Positions 29,118-41,661 are shown, numbered from the stretch's first letter. The stretch: DNA of 64,000 nt from an uncultured Gammaproteobacteria bacterium (GCA_964628855.1 CAZVMV010000001.1:77145-141144), one strand, 5' to 3'. A program made the numbers and translations. Notes: a model not told the origin generated them from the letters alone.

Positions 29118-30566
29118 TTAGTTATTTAAGCAATTCATTACTGTCGGATCACAAGTATCTGCCGGAGGCGTTCCATTAATGACTTTAAATGCGGCGCCTG
29201 GCGTGGTCATACCCATTGTACAACTAAATCCAATATCTCCTGCATCAGTCGGGGTGAATTTTATCGTTTTGATGCCGTCTTTCGGGAGAAATTGGGTGAT
29301 TTTCAGCTTCGGCACCGTTATCGCCTGCGCACAGCCGGCCGCTTTACTGGCATCAATCTGCCATTCAACCGGCATATTGGCATAGACAGTTACATTAGCA
29401 GGGACGTACTCATACCCGACTATTTTCATTTTTACTATCTGTACTCCGTTTACGATCTGGACATTCGGGTCGCGGATCGGCGTACCGGCTTGTGCAACTT
29501 GCTGGATATTGCCAGACGAAGTGTCGGATTCATCGGTTTTACCTAATCCGGCTAACGCGACACCGTTTGAAATATTGAAGATGCCAATAAGCACTACGAC
29601 CACAGCGGCAAATTTCATGAAATACTGCTGGAATTTACCTTTGGCAAAACTCAGAATTGCACTGAGCGACATCAGGGCTGGCAATGTCCCCAGCGCAAAA
29701 ACACCCATCGTCAGCATGCCGGTGAGAAAGCTCCCTTTTGTCAGGACGTACAATTGTAATGCTTGCGTGAACCCGCAGGGCATAAAAAAAGTCAGTGCTC
29801 CGAAAACGAACGGAGCGATACGTTTTTGCTTCCCTTCGGCCGCATTGAAAATACGGTGCGCGAATGATTTTGGCATACGCGGCTGAAACCTGGATAACCA
29901 TGGGAAAATATTTAGCAACTGCAACCCTAAAATTACCATGACTATACTGACCAGCACTGTCAAAATACCGTTCCATCTGGTCGAAAGGGAAAGCGACGCC
30001 CCAATCGCGCCAACCACGCCTCCTAAAACCGTATAGGAAACCAATCGGCCGATGTTGAAATACAAATGTGGCCTGAACCGTTCGCGACTGCTCTGGGCCT
30101 GGTGTTGTTCGTTGTACCTGGAAGCAACCGCCAGGAGCAACCCTCCAGTGACTGCCATACATGTCGAAACGGCAGCCACTAATCCTATAGAAAATACCAA
30201 CCAAAGACTCATGGATTCCTTTGCACCAAAATCGTTAGGCAATAGATGAAATTGCTTCAGGACAAAAAATAGCCCCAGGACTACTAATACAATCCAGCCT
30301 AATTGGAGATAATCACGCCAATCTTGCGGCCGCCTGACCAACCCCATCATGCTAGTAACAGAATAACCATCCGAAACCACTGCCTGATGTAGCGCTTCAA
30401 CGGGAACAGATCCTTCGTACTCCACTTCTGCCTGGCCACGGGCCAGGCTGGCCGAAACCTGCCTGACACCAGGGACTTTGCGCATCTTTCTCTCGATCAA
30501 GGTCTCGCATGCGGCACAATGCATGCCGGAAATTAGTACCGTTATTTTATTTAATTTATTTTCCAT
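29118..30566 (-). CDS. Fusion of an HMA domain, a DsbD_2/CcdA-like transmembrane domain and a C-terminal Cys-containing extracytoplasmic domain.
   Basis: N-terminal GMHCAACETLIE. The central polytopic region has conserved Cys pairs in TM helices (VSTCMAV, FFMPCGF). The C-terminal ~120 aa are soluble with three Cys. Confidence 0.55.
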   Translation of the reverse strand: MENKLNKITVLISGMHCAACETLIERKMRKVPGVRQVSASLARGQAEVEYEGSVPVEALHQAVVSDGYSVTSMMGLVRRPQDWRDYLQLGWIVLVVLGLFFVLKQFHLLPNDFGAKESMSLWLVFSIGLVAAVSTCMAVTGGLLLAVASRYNEQHQAQSSRERFRPHLYFNIGRLVSYTVLGGVVGAIGASLSLSTRWNGILTVLVSIVMVILGLQLLNIFPWLSRFQPRMPKSFAHRIFNAAEGKQKRIAPFVFGALTFFMPCGFTQALQLYVLTKGSFLTGMLTMGVFALGTLPALMSLSAILSFAKGKFQQYFMKFAAVVVVLIGIFNISNGVALAGLGKTDESDTSSGNIQQVAQAGTPIRDPNVQIVNGVQIVKMKIVGYEYVPANVTVYANMPVEWQIDASKAAGCAQAITVPKLKITQFLPKDGIKTIKFTPTDAGDIGFSCTMGMTTPGAAFKVINGTPPADTCDPTVMNCLNN

Positions 30567-30660
30567 AAATAGTTAATTTAATGTTTGCAAAACAAAATCC
30601 TTGCGGCTAACCCCACCCCTGTTCAACGAGAAACAGAAACAGGCTTACTAAGCGCAAGTG

Positions 30661-31107
30661 CTATATAGTAACCGGATAGATTTTTGGGTGAAGTATGCCC
30701 TGACGGAATATGCGTCGTAAATGCACAAAAACGGACACTTCGGGCGAATTGAACTGATTACGGAACAGTTTGAGCTTCCACACGTCCCATAAAACTCCGT
30801 GATATATTAAACTCCGGGCAATCACAACCAAGAAAAACGTTAACAAAAACATGGAGAGACCTTCGGGGACCACGGCGGAAAATATCTGAACCCAGCTCCT
30901 GATGTGATCTGCCAGGGTCATGGGACACATTGCTTGGCCATCCTGCATATAAGGACAGTGGGTCATGCTGCCTTGTGACATGCCCATCATGCCGCCGCTC
31001 AGCAATAATATGCTGAATGCAAAAAAACCGATAATTAGCGCCGAACCGGCTAATTTTCGTATCTTTTTATTCGGTTGTAATATATATATAAAATTGCTAA
31101 ATTTCAT
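30661..31107 (-). CDS. Hypothetical membrane protein with a Met/His/Cys-rich motif, a putative metal-binding site.
   Basis: TM helix followed by GGMMGMSQGSMTHCPYMQDGQAMCPM, then further TM segments. Adjacent to the cop genes. Confidence 0.4.
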   Translation of the reverse strand: MKFSNFIYILQPNKKIRKLAGSALIIGFFAFSILLLSGGMMGMSQGSMTHCPYMQDGQAMCPMTLADHIRSWVQIFSAVVPEGLSMFLLTFFLVVIARSLIYHGVLWDVWKLKLFRNQFNSPEVSVFVHLRRIFRQGILHPKIYPVTI

Positions 31108-31227
31108 TGCTTGGAAAGTATAACATATTTAATTTATTTTTTCAAGTACTCACCTTGACAACCCAAATATGGCATGTTACATTTCTATGAAAATTAAAAA
31201 ATACGAAATCACATTCACGGAGGAAAA

Positions 31228-31713
31228 ATGGAACGTTTAAGAATTGGCTCCAGATCATTTGACGAGGTATTCGATGCTGTCTCTTCTGCAGTCGGAACAT
31301 ACCTGACTCACCGCAAGAATACCGATCCGACCCGGAAAGGAGGCTATTGCACGATTGTCGACCGCATGTCGGAAGAAGTGGTCGCCACATTCGAGGTCGG
31401 CCACCCGGAACATCGGAAAGCGGAAAGGTACCGGCAATTGTCGGTAGAGAAGGCTCTCCGGTTACTGGAAACCAATGACAAACTCGGCCACCTGACAAGC
31501 TGGCAGAGCCGCGACGAACAGGCCGACAAATGGGGCGGCGCAATCATCGTCGGCGACTACATCTTCTCCTTTTCTGGATTCGCTCCCGATCTGGTCGATG
31601 AAGCCGTGATGATCTTGGCGGCTCGAACTCTCAGCTTCCTCAATGAAGGCGAAGCCGAATCACTGGCCAATACCAACAACAACGATTGGGCACAGCTATT
31701 ACTGGCTGCCTGA
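31228..31713 (+). CDS. Hypothetical protein, possibly GlcG/HbpS-like (DUF336).
   Basis: GGYCTIVDRMSEEVVATFEVG and GGAIIVGDYIFSFSGFAPDLVDEAV resemble the two conserved DUF336 blocks. GGAGG Shine-Dalgarno. Local GC (~53%) is above that of its neighbours. Confidence 0.35.
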   Translation: MERLRIGSRSFDEVFDAVSSAVGTYLTHRKNTDPTRKGGYCTIVDRMSEEVVATFEVGHPEHRKAERYRQLSVEKALRLLETNDKLGHLTSWQSRDEQADKWGGAIIVGDYIFSFSGFAPDLVDEAVMILAARTLSFLNEGEAESLANTNNNDWAQLLLAA

Positions 31714-31751
31714 TCCAATCATCTCAATTTTCTTCGAATGACGGTCTGTAT

Positions 31752-32768
31752 TTATACGGACCGTTTTTTCTTCCCTGCCAACTGCCCGCAGGCACCGTCC
31801 ACATCACGGCCATACCTGAAACGTTCGACCGCAGTGATGCCATTTTTTTCCAAAATGGAAGCAAATTGGCGCACGGCATCCTTTGACGAGGGTTTAAAAA
31901 TCCCGGTTGGGTTGTACACGATTAAATTCACAAAAAAAGGCGGTGACAACCTTTCATGCAATAAAGTGGCCAGGCGCTTTGCCATCTCCGGCGTATCATT
32001 AACGCCATCCAACATGATGTATTCTATCATCACTTTCCGGCCGGTTTTTTCAACATAATTTGATGTGGCAGCTAAAATTTCTTTTATTCCATAACGTTCG
32101 CTGATCGGCATGATTTTGCTTCTCAAGTCCTCGGTCGGCGCATGAAGAGAAATTGCCAAATTGACTTGCAATGGCTCCTCCGTCAGGCGCATGATCCCGG
32201 GGACAATACCGGATGTTGAAATTGATAGATGCCTGGCTCCGATACCAAGCCTATCTGGATCGTTAAGCTGCCGGACCGCGCCAAGCACCTCTTCATAGTT
32301 GAGGAAAGGTTCGCCCATCCCCATAAATACCACGCTGCCGACACGTTCGTTTTCCTGCTTCAATAGCCGCGAAAAGAAAATGACCTGCTCGACAATCTCA
32401 TCCGCCGATAAGTTGCGCGTGAACCCGCGCTGCCCAGTCGCACAAAAAGCACAGCCCAGCGGACAGCCGACCTGGGAGGAAACACAGACAGTATTACGTC
32501 CGTCAGCATGACGCATCAGGACAGATTCGATTTTTTCGCCGTCTGCCAGTGTGATTAGCGCTTTGGTTGAATGTCGGTCCCCTGCTGAATCTATGTGCGC
32601 ATTGATTTCCAGTGGGCATTGTTTGTTCAACTGTTCGCGCAAATCGGCCGGGAATGTCGTAACCTCTGACCAGGAAAATCTCAATTCCTTAAAAATGGCA
32701 ACCATGGCCTGTTTTTTTCTAAAGGCAGGTTGCTGCTCCAATATTAAATTCAAATTTTGTAAATTCAT
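31752..32768 (-). CDS. rlmN: 23S rRNA/tRNA m2A radical-SAM methyltransferase RlmN.
   Basis: CPLGCAFCATGQ radical-SAM motif and the conserved GMGEP. 338 aa. Confidence 0.9.
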   Translation of the reverse strand: MNLQNLNLILEQQPAFRKKQAMVAIFKELRFSWSEVTTFPADLREQLNKQCPLEINAHIDSAGDRHSTKALITLADGEKIESVLMRHADGRNTVCVSSQVGCPLGCAFCATGQRGFTRNLSADEIVEQVIFFSRLLKQENERVGSVVFMGMGEPFLNYEEVLGAVRQLNDPDRLGIGARHLSISTSGIVPGIMRLTEEPLQVNLAISLHAPTEDLRSKIMPISERYGIKEILAATSNYVEKTGRKVMIEYIMLDGVNDTPEMAKRLATLLHERLSPPFFVNLIVYNPTGIFKPSSKDAVRQFASILEKNGITAVERFRYGRDVDGACGQLAGKKKRSV

Positions 32769-33097
32769 TATCTATGGTCGCCGCTACCGTGCAAAGTTCC
32801 GCGTTCTTTACGGGACGCGAGCTTTTCCAGATTTCGATGCGCCACTTCCTCGAGCGTAAGCTGAAGCTCGGATGCAAGATTTGAAACATACCATAACGCA
32901 TCCCCTAGCTCTTCGGCAATTGCCTGTTTTTGCGTTTCGTCAAGCACATCCCCATGATCACGGCTAATCTTTTTTACTTTATTTGCCAATTCACCGGCCT
33001 CACCGGCCAAGCCAAGAGTGGGATATATATAATTATGATCACGGTCGGGATAAAGCGCTGTCTGCCTGGCTTTGGACTGGTAATCATTTAAATTCAT
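32768..33097 (-). CDS. MazG-like nucleotide pyrophosphohydrolase.
   Basis: LGLAGEAGELANKVKK...EELGDALWYV is the all-alpha NTP-PPase EExxE/D signature. Overlaps the rlmN start by 1 nt. Confidence 0.75.
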   Translation of the reverse strand: MNLNDYQSKARQTALYPDRDHNYIYPTLGLAGEAGELANKVKKISRDHGDVLDETQKQAIAEELGDALWYVSNLASELQLTLEEVAHRNLEKLASRKERGTLHGSGDHR

Positions 33098-33104
33098 ATG
33101 TTTA

Positions 33105-33605
33105 TTAAGCTAATTTTTTCTCCAAGATAATATTATATTCTCTATATCCCATGCGCCGGTACAATCTGGCGGCGCGCTTATTTTTTGCTGAAACCATTAT
33201 AGATACATGGCCGATGCCTTTTTTCCGGCACCAGCTATTAAATGCCTCGGCCATTAGCGTTCCTAGGCCATGGCTCCGGTAATACCGACGGACGTATAAC
33301 ACTTCCAATTCTCCAGATTTTGCGGGCCTACGCACAGCCGTACGGTGCATTACTGACCCAATCAAAAAACCTTGCACCTTTTTTCTGAATTCAGCGACAA
33401 TGAAGAAATGATCATTCCCGCGCAAACGGCTTGTCAGATAATTCCGGCCAGCGCGTGATACGGCCCAGTGAACAAACATTGTCGGGTCGTATTTCAGGTG
33501 CTCTAAACGCACATAATGATGGAGCATTTCATGGACCTCGAGTAAGTCTGCTCGTTTGGCTTTTCGCCAGGCAATTTCTTTGTTCATAAGCACACTTAGT
33601 AGCAT
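33105..33605 (-). CDS. GNAT family N-acetyltransferase.
   Basis: The acetyl-CoA-binding motif RRYYRSHGLGTLMAEAF matches the Q/RxxGxG/A pattern. 166 aa. Confidence 0.8.
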   Translation of the reverse strand: MLLSVLMNKEIAWRKAKRADLLEVHEMLHHYVRLEHLKYDPTMFVHWAVSRAGRNYLTSRLRGNDHFFIVAEFRKKVQGFLIGSVMHRTAVRRPAKSGELEVLYVRRYYRSHGLGTLMAEAFNSWCRKKGIGHVSIMVSAKNKRAARLYRRMGYREYNIILEKKLA

Positions 33606-33607
33606 TG

Positions 33608-33678
33608 TCGGGGTGGGGAGAATTGAACTCCCTCTAAACCCACCCCATGGGCGCGTACTACCGGTATACTACACCCCG
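33608..33678 (-). tRNA. tRNA-Pro, anticodon GGG (tentative).
   Basis: Minus-strand sequence CGGGGTG-TA-GTAT-ACCGGTA-GTAC-G-CGCCC-ATGGGGT-GGGTT-TAGA-GGGAG-TTCAATT-CTCCC-CACCCCG-A. It has a 7-bp acceptor stem with C1:G72 and A73, as is typical of bacterial tRNA-Pro, and a canonical T-arm and T-loop. Anticodon loop A-T-GGG-G-T has U33 and G37. One C-T mismatch lies at the base of the anticodon stem. Coordinates +/-2. Confidence 0.6.
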
Positions 33679-33745
33679 ACGCTGCTACTGATTGTTTTAG
33701 CCGATTAAATACTTAACTATTTTATCAGTAACTCTTTCATATGGC

Positions 33746-33777
33746 AATAAAAAACTGCCAGACTTTTTGTCTGGCAG
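33746..33777 (-). terminator. Rho-independent terminator of the small zinc-ribbon gene.
   Basis: Perfect 9-bp hairpin CTGCCAGAC-TTTTT-GTCTGGCAG. On the minus strand it is followed by TTTTTTATT. Confidence 0.6.
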
Positions 33778-33789
33778 CGCACACCACTG

Positions 33790-34029
33790 CTATAAAGTGC
33801 GAGGGATGCCTTCTGGCGTGGAATGCAAATGCACATCTGTCGTACCGGGGTCTCTGTAGATTTCAATCGTAAAACCACAAGAATCAAGTTGTGTGCAACG
33901 AAGCACGGTCCACGTCCCCAAAAGGCCATCATGTGAAATCGCTTCATGCATTACTCCAGTTTCGCATTTTGGGCACGCAGTTCTGACATACTGCGCAATT
34001 TGTGAAGCAAAGATCCATTGTTCTTGCAT
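33790..34029 (-). CDS. Hypothetical small zinc-ribbon protein (79 aa).
   Basis: Start taken at the internal Met MQEQW, with AAGGAGG 5 nt upstream. C-x2-C-x22-C-x5-C. Its own terminator follows. Confidence 0.45.
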   Translation of the reverse strand: MQEQWIFASQIAQYVRTACPKCETGVMHEAISHDGLLGTWTVLRCTQLDSCGFTIEIYRDPGTTDVHLHSTPEGIPRTL

Positions 34030-34223
34030 TACATCCTCCTTATAAAGAACGTTTTTAATAACCATAACAAAAAACTAGCCGCTTCATGGCTAGTCTTGGC
34101 TATCTAACACTTACTCACTAACCACAAAGCCGCTAGGACGTAATAAGCTTAATAATAAGACCTAACAGCTGACTGTCGCAATTACCGGCTTTTACTTTTT
34201 GAGTCATCTCAAGATTCATGGTT

Positions 34224-34823
34224 CTATTCGAACATTATGTCTTCGTCGACGCGTTTGTAATCATGGATTTCATTCTCTCTGAACCATAATTTTGCCTCAA
34301 ATTCCGCCTCTGCTACATTACCAGAGGCGTGGATCATATTTTTTACCGTTCGCTTCTGTTGGTTGGCTAAAATGGGTGAATCGATGGAATAATCCCCCCG
34401 GATGGTGCCTGGCTGGGCAAATCTAGGCAACGTATGACCGACCATCAACCGCACGGAATCAACGGCATGCAAACCCTGCAATAACAATGCAACTACCGGT
34501 CCCGAACTCAAAAAATCCATGTTCCATTTCCGAACGGTCTTGCCTATCTCATACGGATCAGTCGTCCCCAAATCCTCATTTGGGTCACGCCCGTATTCAG
34601 CGTAACTTTTCAAAGTTTTCTCGCCAACACTGGTCAAATAAGCTTTCTCGTCCGGATAATGCTTGGCAACCATGTCTTTGTCTACCCAGACCATTTTCAT
34701 ACCGATTATCTTGAATCCAGATTTTTCAAATCGTGAAATGATTTCGCCTACCAATGCGCGTTTGACCGTGTCTGGTTTCAATAAAACAACGGTCTTTTCC
34801 AAACGGGGATCGTTTGCTTTCAT
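34224..34823 (-). CDS. ndk: Nucleoside diphosphate kinase (long form).
   Basis: LEKTVVLLKPDTVKRALVGEIISRFEKSGFKI and the catalytic-His context NMIHASG. Confidence 0.85.
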   Translation of the reverse strand: MKANDPRLEKTVVLLKPDTVKRALVGEIISRFEKSGFKIIGMKMVWVDKDMVAKHYPDEKAYLTSVGEKTLKSYAEYGRDPNEDLGTTDPYEIGKTVRKWNMDFLSSGPVVALLLQGLHAVDSVRLMVGHTLPRFAQPGTIRGDYSIDSPILANQQKRTVKNMIHASGNVAEAEFEAKLWFRENEIHDYKRVDEDIMFE

Positions 34824-34824
34824 A

Positions 34825-35232
34825 TTATTGTTTGATCTTCTTGGTTAATAAATATTTTACTTTTTCGACAATTTCCGCCGGGGTATGGTTTGCCTTTATG
34901 AAATAATCGTCCGCCCCTAGCTGTTTGCCCTTTTCGACATCCTCAGTCTGTCCCAGGTTAGTGAGCAATAAAACATGGGTAGTGCCCATTGTTGGGTCGC
35001 TTTTCAATTCTTTCAAGACGGCAAAGCCGTCAAGTTTGGGCATAATAATATCTAAAAGTACCAGGTCCGGCTTCTCTTTCTTGGCCATTTCCAACCCCTG
35101 CGCTCCGTCTTCTGCCCTTATTACCTTCAACCCTTCCTTGGAAAATTTCGTGATGTACATGTCAGCCAACATCTTGTCATCCTCAACCAGCAATATTTTG
35201 GTGTTGAATTTACCGTTTTTTATATCCGCCAT
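34825..35232 (-). CDS. Stand-alone CheY-like response-regulator receiver domain.
   Basis: ILLVEDD, the phospho-acceptor context LLDIIMP, and T and K residues in LLTNLG...ADDYFIK. 135 aa with no output domain. Confidence 0.8.
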   Translation of the reverse strand: MADIKNGKFNTKILLVEDDKMLADMYITKFSKEGLKVIRAEDGAQGLEMAKKEKPDLVLLDIIMPKLDGFAVLKELKSDPTMGTTHVLLLTNLGQTEDVEKGKQLGADDYFIKANHTPAEIVEKVKYLLTKKIKQ

Positions 35233-35291
35233 AACATAAAAAATTTAAACATTATTAGTCATTACAGTATAACAGTTCCGCCCATTAATCG

Positions 35292-36749
35292 TCAATGAAT
35301 ATGCGGGCGTTTAGTGTGCCAATCAGTAGATTGCTCATAAGCATAGGCCGCCCGTAAAATGGTCGCTTCGTCAAAGGACTTACCCATAATTTGAAGGCCG
35401 ATCGGCAGGCCCTTCGTGAAACCGCATGGGATAGAGACTCCGCACAGGCCGCCAATATTCGCTTGCACATTATAAATGTCCGATAAATACATCAGGAGTG
35501 GGTCAGCAAATTTTTCGCCGAGTTTGAACGCCACGGATGGAGTCGTTGGGGTTATCAGGCAATCAATTTTATTGAATGCATCGGCAAGTTCATGCCTAAT
35601 GACAGATCGTACTTTTTGGGCTTTGACGTAATATTGGTCATAATATCCAGCTGACAACGCAAACGTGCCTAAAATGATTCTACGTTTGGCTTCGTCGCCA
35701 AAACCTTTTTCCCGTGAACGAGCGTATACCTCAAAAAGATTTTTTGCTGAATCATCCGCCGAAAGCCCATACCTGACTCCATCAAACCGCGCCAGGTTTG
35801 ACGAAACCTCAGACATAACAGTGATCAAATAAACTGCCAAGGCATATTTCGTATGTGGCAGGCTTAATTGAACAACTTTTGCGCCAAGTTGTTCCAGTTG
35901 CTTAATAGCTTCTAAAACGGATGATCGGATTTCAGGGTCCATGCCCTCGACAAAATACTCGTCAGAAACGCCTACCTTCAATCCTTTCACGCCAGATTTT
36001 AACGATGAAAAATCTAAAGTCCTGTCTACCAACGTCCCATCCCGACCGTCTGGTCCGGCAATTGAACTTAATAGCGTGGCGCAATCCTCCACGTTTTTTG
36101 TCAGTGGACCGATCTGGTCCAAAGAAGAACCCATCGCCGACAAGCCAAACCGTGACACACGCCCATATGTAGGTTTGAGTCCGACTACTCCGCAGAAAGC
36201 TGCCGGCTGACGGATTGAGCTGCCCGTATCAGAACCGAGAGCGGCAATACACATATCAGAAGCTACGGCAGCTGCCGATCCACCGGACGAACCTCCCGGA
36301 ACCATGTCTAGGTCCCATGGATTATGAGTTTGGAAAAAAGCGGAATTCTCCGTCGATGAACCCATGGCGAACTCGTCCATATTCATTTTACCGAGTACGA
36401 CCGCGCCTTCATTTTTCAATTTTGAAATTACTGTTGCATCATAGGTGGCAACATATTTTTCCAATATTTTTGACCCGCTCGTGCATTCCACGCCTTTTAT
36501 AAGAATATTATCCTTGATCGCTAAAGGGATGCCCGTAAGTCCAGTTACTTTTTCCTTATTGGATATTTTTTTGTCAGCCTGCTCTGCCTGAATTAAGGCG
36601 CTTTCCTCCATTTTTGTAATAAAAGCATTGATGTGTCCGTCATTTTTTTTCATTGACGCCAAACACGCTTCAGTCAATTCGCGTGAGCTGAACTGCCTTT
36701 TTTCCAAACCTACTCGGGCCTGCTCAATTGTCAGTTTATTTAATTCCAT
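35292..36749 (-). CDS. gatA: Glu-tRNA(Gln)/Asp-tRNA(Asn) amidotransferase subunit A.
   Basis: Amidase signature GGSSGGSAAAVA and catalytic Ser/Lys. 485 aa. Confidence 0.92.
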   Translation of the reverse strand: MELNKLTIEQARVGLEKRQFSSRELTEACLASMKKNDGHINAFITKMEESALIQAEQADKKISNKEKVTGLTGIPLAIKDNILIKGVECTSGSKILEKYVATYDATVISKLKNEGAVVLGKMNMDEFAMGSSTENSAFFQTHNPWDLDMVPGGSSGGSAAAVASDMCIAALGSDTGSSIRQPAAFCGVVGLKPTYGRVSRFGLSAMGSSLDQIGPLTKNVEDCATLLSSIAGPDGRDGTLVDRTLDFSSLKSGVKGLKVGVSDEYFVEGMDPEIRSSVLEAIKQLEQLGAKVVQLSLPHTKYALAVYLITVMSEVSSNLARFDGVRYGLSADDSAKNLFEVYARSREKGFGDEAKRRIILGTFALSAGYYDQYYVKAQKVRSVIRHELADAFNKIDCLITPTTPSVAFKLGEKFADPLLMYLSDIYNVQANIGGLCGVSIPCGFTKGLPIGLQIMGKSFDEATILRAAYAYEQSTDWHTKRPHIH

Positions 36750-36753
36750 ACGG

Positions 36754-37038
36754 CTACTCCAAAACCGGTTTAACCTTGTTCAAATTACCGGACCGATTTG
36801 GCCACTGGTCTATGATTGGCTTACTATCGCCCCAGGGCTCCACTTCATCCTTACGGAAAGTACTGGCCGGTGAATTATGTGAGCTAATATCGATATGGCT
36901 GGTATCCACCTCGTTCAATTGCTTCATATAATCCAAAATAGAGGAAAGCTGGCCGGCAAACCTCTTTTTCTCATCAGCCGATAATTCTATCCTAGCCAAT
37001 GAGGCTAACCTCTCTACGTCTTTTTCCGTCAGTTCCAT
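36754..37038 (-). CDS. gatC: Amidotransferase subunit C.
   Basis: MELTEKDVERLASLARIELSADEKKRFAGQL matches GatC. Start taken at the internal Met. Confidence 0.8.
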   Translation of the reverse strand: MELTEKDVERLASLARIELSADEKKRFAGQLSSILDYMKQLNEVDTSHIDISSHNSPASTFRKDEVEPWGDSKPIIDQWPNRSGNLNKVKPVLE

Positions 37039-37194
37039 ACATACCAGTATATCATCGGTAATATAAAAAACAAAACTGTACATTCTCTATTGACAGTTAT
37101 TGATTACCATGCTACACTCTACTGTCTTTTTAAGTCCAGAAAATCTGGACTAATACAAAAACCATACAATCGCTCTTTGAAAGGAGGTGAAATC

Positions 37195-37464
37195 ATGTCA
37201 GAGCAGAAAACACCCGAGCAGATCGACCATGCCTTCGCTGTCGCAGCAGTCGTCGTCGCAATCCGTGAAAAAGGCTTCAAGGGCCTCAGACGGGATATCG
37301 TCGACATCCTCCGACAACAAGGTGTTGAGCCGAGGAACATCGAAAGCAATCGGGCAATCACCAAGATTGTCATTGATGCACTGGATGTGACGAAGGCCAT
37401 GGTCCTCGAAGACTTGGTAGAAGCCGAAGCGGATGCCAAGAAGAAAAATGAGAAGACGGAATAA
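37195..37464 (+). CDS. Hypothetical small protein (89 aa).
   Basis: Strong Shine-Dalgarno GAAAGGAGGTGAAATC before the ATG and a terminator immediately after. No recognisable family. GC is higher than the flanks. Confidence 0.4.
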   Translation: MSEQKTPEQIDHAFAVAAVVVAIREKGFKGLRRDIVDILRQQGVEPRNIESNRAITKIVIDALDVTKAMVLEDLVEAEADAKKKNEKTE

Positions 37465-37514
37465 GGCTATCCCACAACGCGTCTGGTAGCGAACAAGAAT
37501 CCGATCTCGCTCAT

Positions 37515-37546
37515 GGGCGGCAGGTGCGAACCACCCGCCGCCTTTT

Positions 37547-37549
<3 letters not shown>
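37515..37549. terminator. Bidirectional rho-independent terminator between the small plus-strand ORF and ligA.
   Basis: GGGCGGCAGG-N9-CCCGCCGCC followed by TTTTTT. ligA stops at 37547 on the other strand. Confidence 0.55.
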
Positions 37550-40912
<3,363 letters not shown>

Positions 40913-40920
<8 letters not shown>

Positions 40921-41656
40921 GGTAAGTATTTTTTACTTGTCCAAGAATGAGCCGGCTCGAGACCACGCTCTGCAGATCCAATGTCCTCGATTCCACTGGC
41001 AGGCTTTGATCCTCTGCCACAGAATGTATAACAATCCTGACCTTTGGCTGGTAATGGGCTCCGTCTGAATAATAAACGCAGGTTGGCAGGGGTGGTGCAC
41101 AACTATACCCCAGTATAAATTCACACGCCCCTGCTGGTGGCTTGCCAGCTGTCGAACAATTCGGAGGAACGATGGTGGGTGCGACAAATGGATTTGCCGT
41201 CGGGGTTATAACAAAACGCATTCCAGCGATAGTAACGCCGTTTGGGGTCAAATCGTTCCAGGCCGTGCCAGTATCAGGGTCACAAATTCCTGGCGTCAAC
41301 TCCCGGCAGTATTCTACATGCTGACTGGCCTGGATCCACCGATAAAAAATATTTACGCTGGTCTGGTTTACCAATGCCAAAATTGTTATGGGCTGAGTGG
41401 ACGCTAAAGGATGGAGGTCGATTCCTTCTGCCGTATAAAAGTTATAGTTGATCTGGCTCAGCCTGATGTCCTGGGACATAACTTCCATGAGGTACCTGAC
41501 GTCATCCTGTATCTTTTGTGCGGCGGCTACTTTCCTCTGTGAACGGTTTATCATGACGTATGCGTTGGTGGCGATCAACAAAATCAAAACGAATATCGAG
41601 AGGGTCACGATCATCTCGATTAAAGTAAATCCTTTTTTTTGCCTGGAATATGGCAT
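40913..41656 (-). CDS. Type IV prepilin-like minor pilin/pseudopilin.
   Basis: Class III signal MPYSRQKKG|FTLIEMIVTLSIF with Glu at +5. Alternative TTG start at 41677. Confidence 0.7.
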
Positions 41657-41661
41657 AAAAA

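Noticed and set aside
29635-30204. 189-aa minus-strand ORF in an alternative frame.
   Set aside because: It lies fully inside the HMA-DsbD_2 gene in another frame, and the in-frame gene has clear domain signatures.
32768-33605. MazG plus GNAT as a possible toxin-antitoxin or phage-defence pair.
   Set aside because: Both have housekeeping-like sequence features and sit in an operon with rlmN and a tRNA. No HEPN/MNT, nuclease or other defence hallmark is present.
34066-34223. 158-nt non-coding gap between ndk and the Zn-ribbon ORF, examined for a tRNA or other ncRNA.
   Set aside because: Only a short terminator-like hairpin (TAGCC-N7-GGCTA) is present. No cloverleaf and no conserved ncRNA motif is recognisable.
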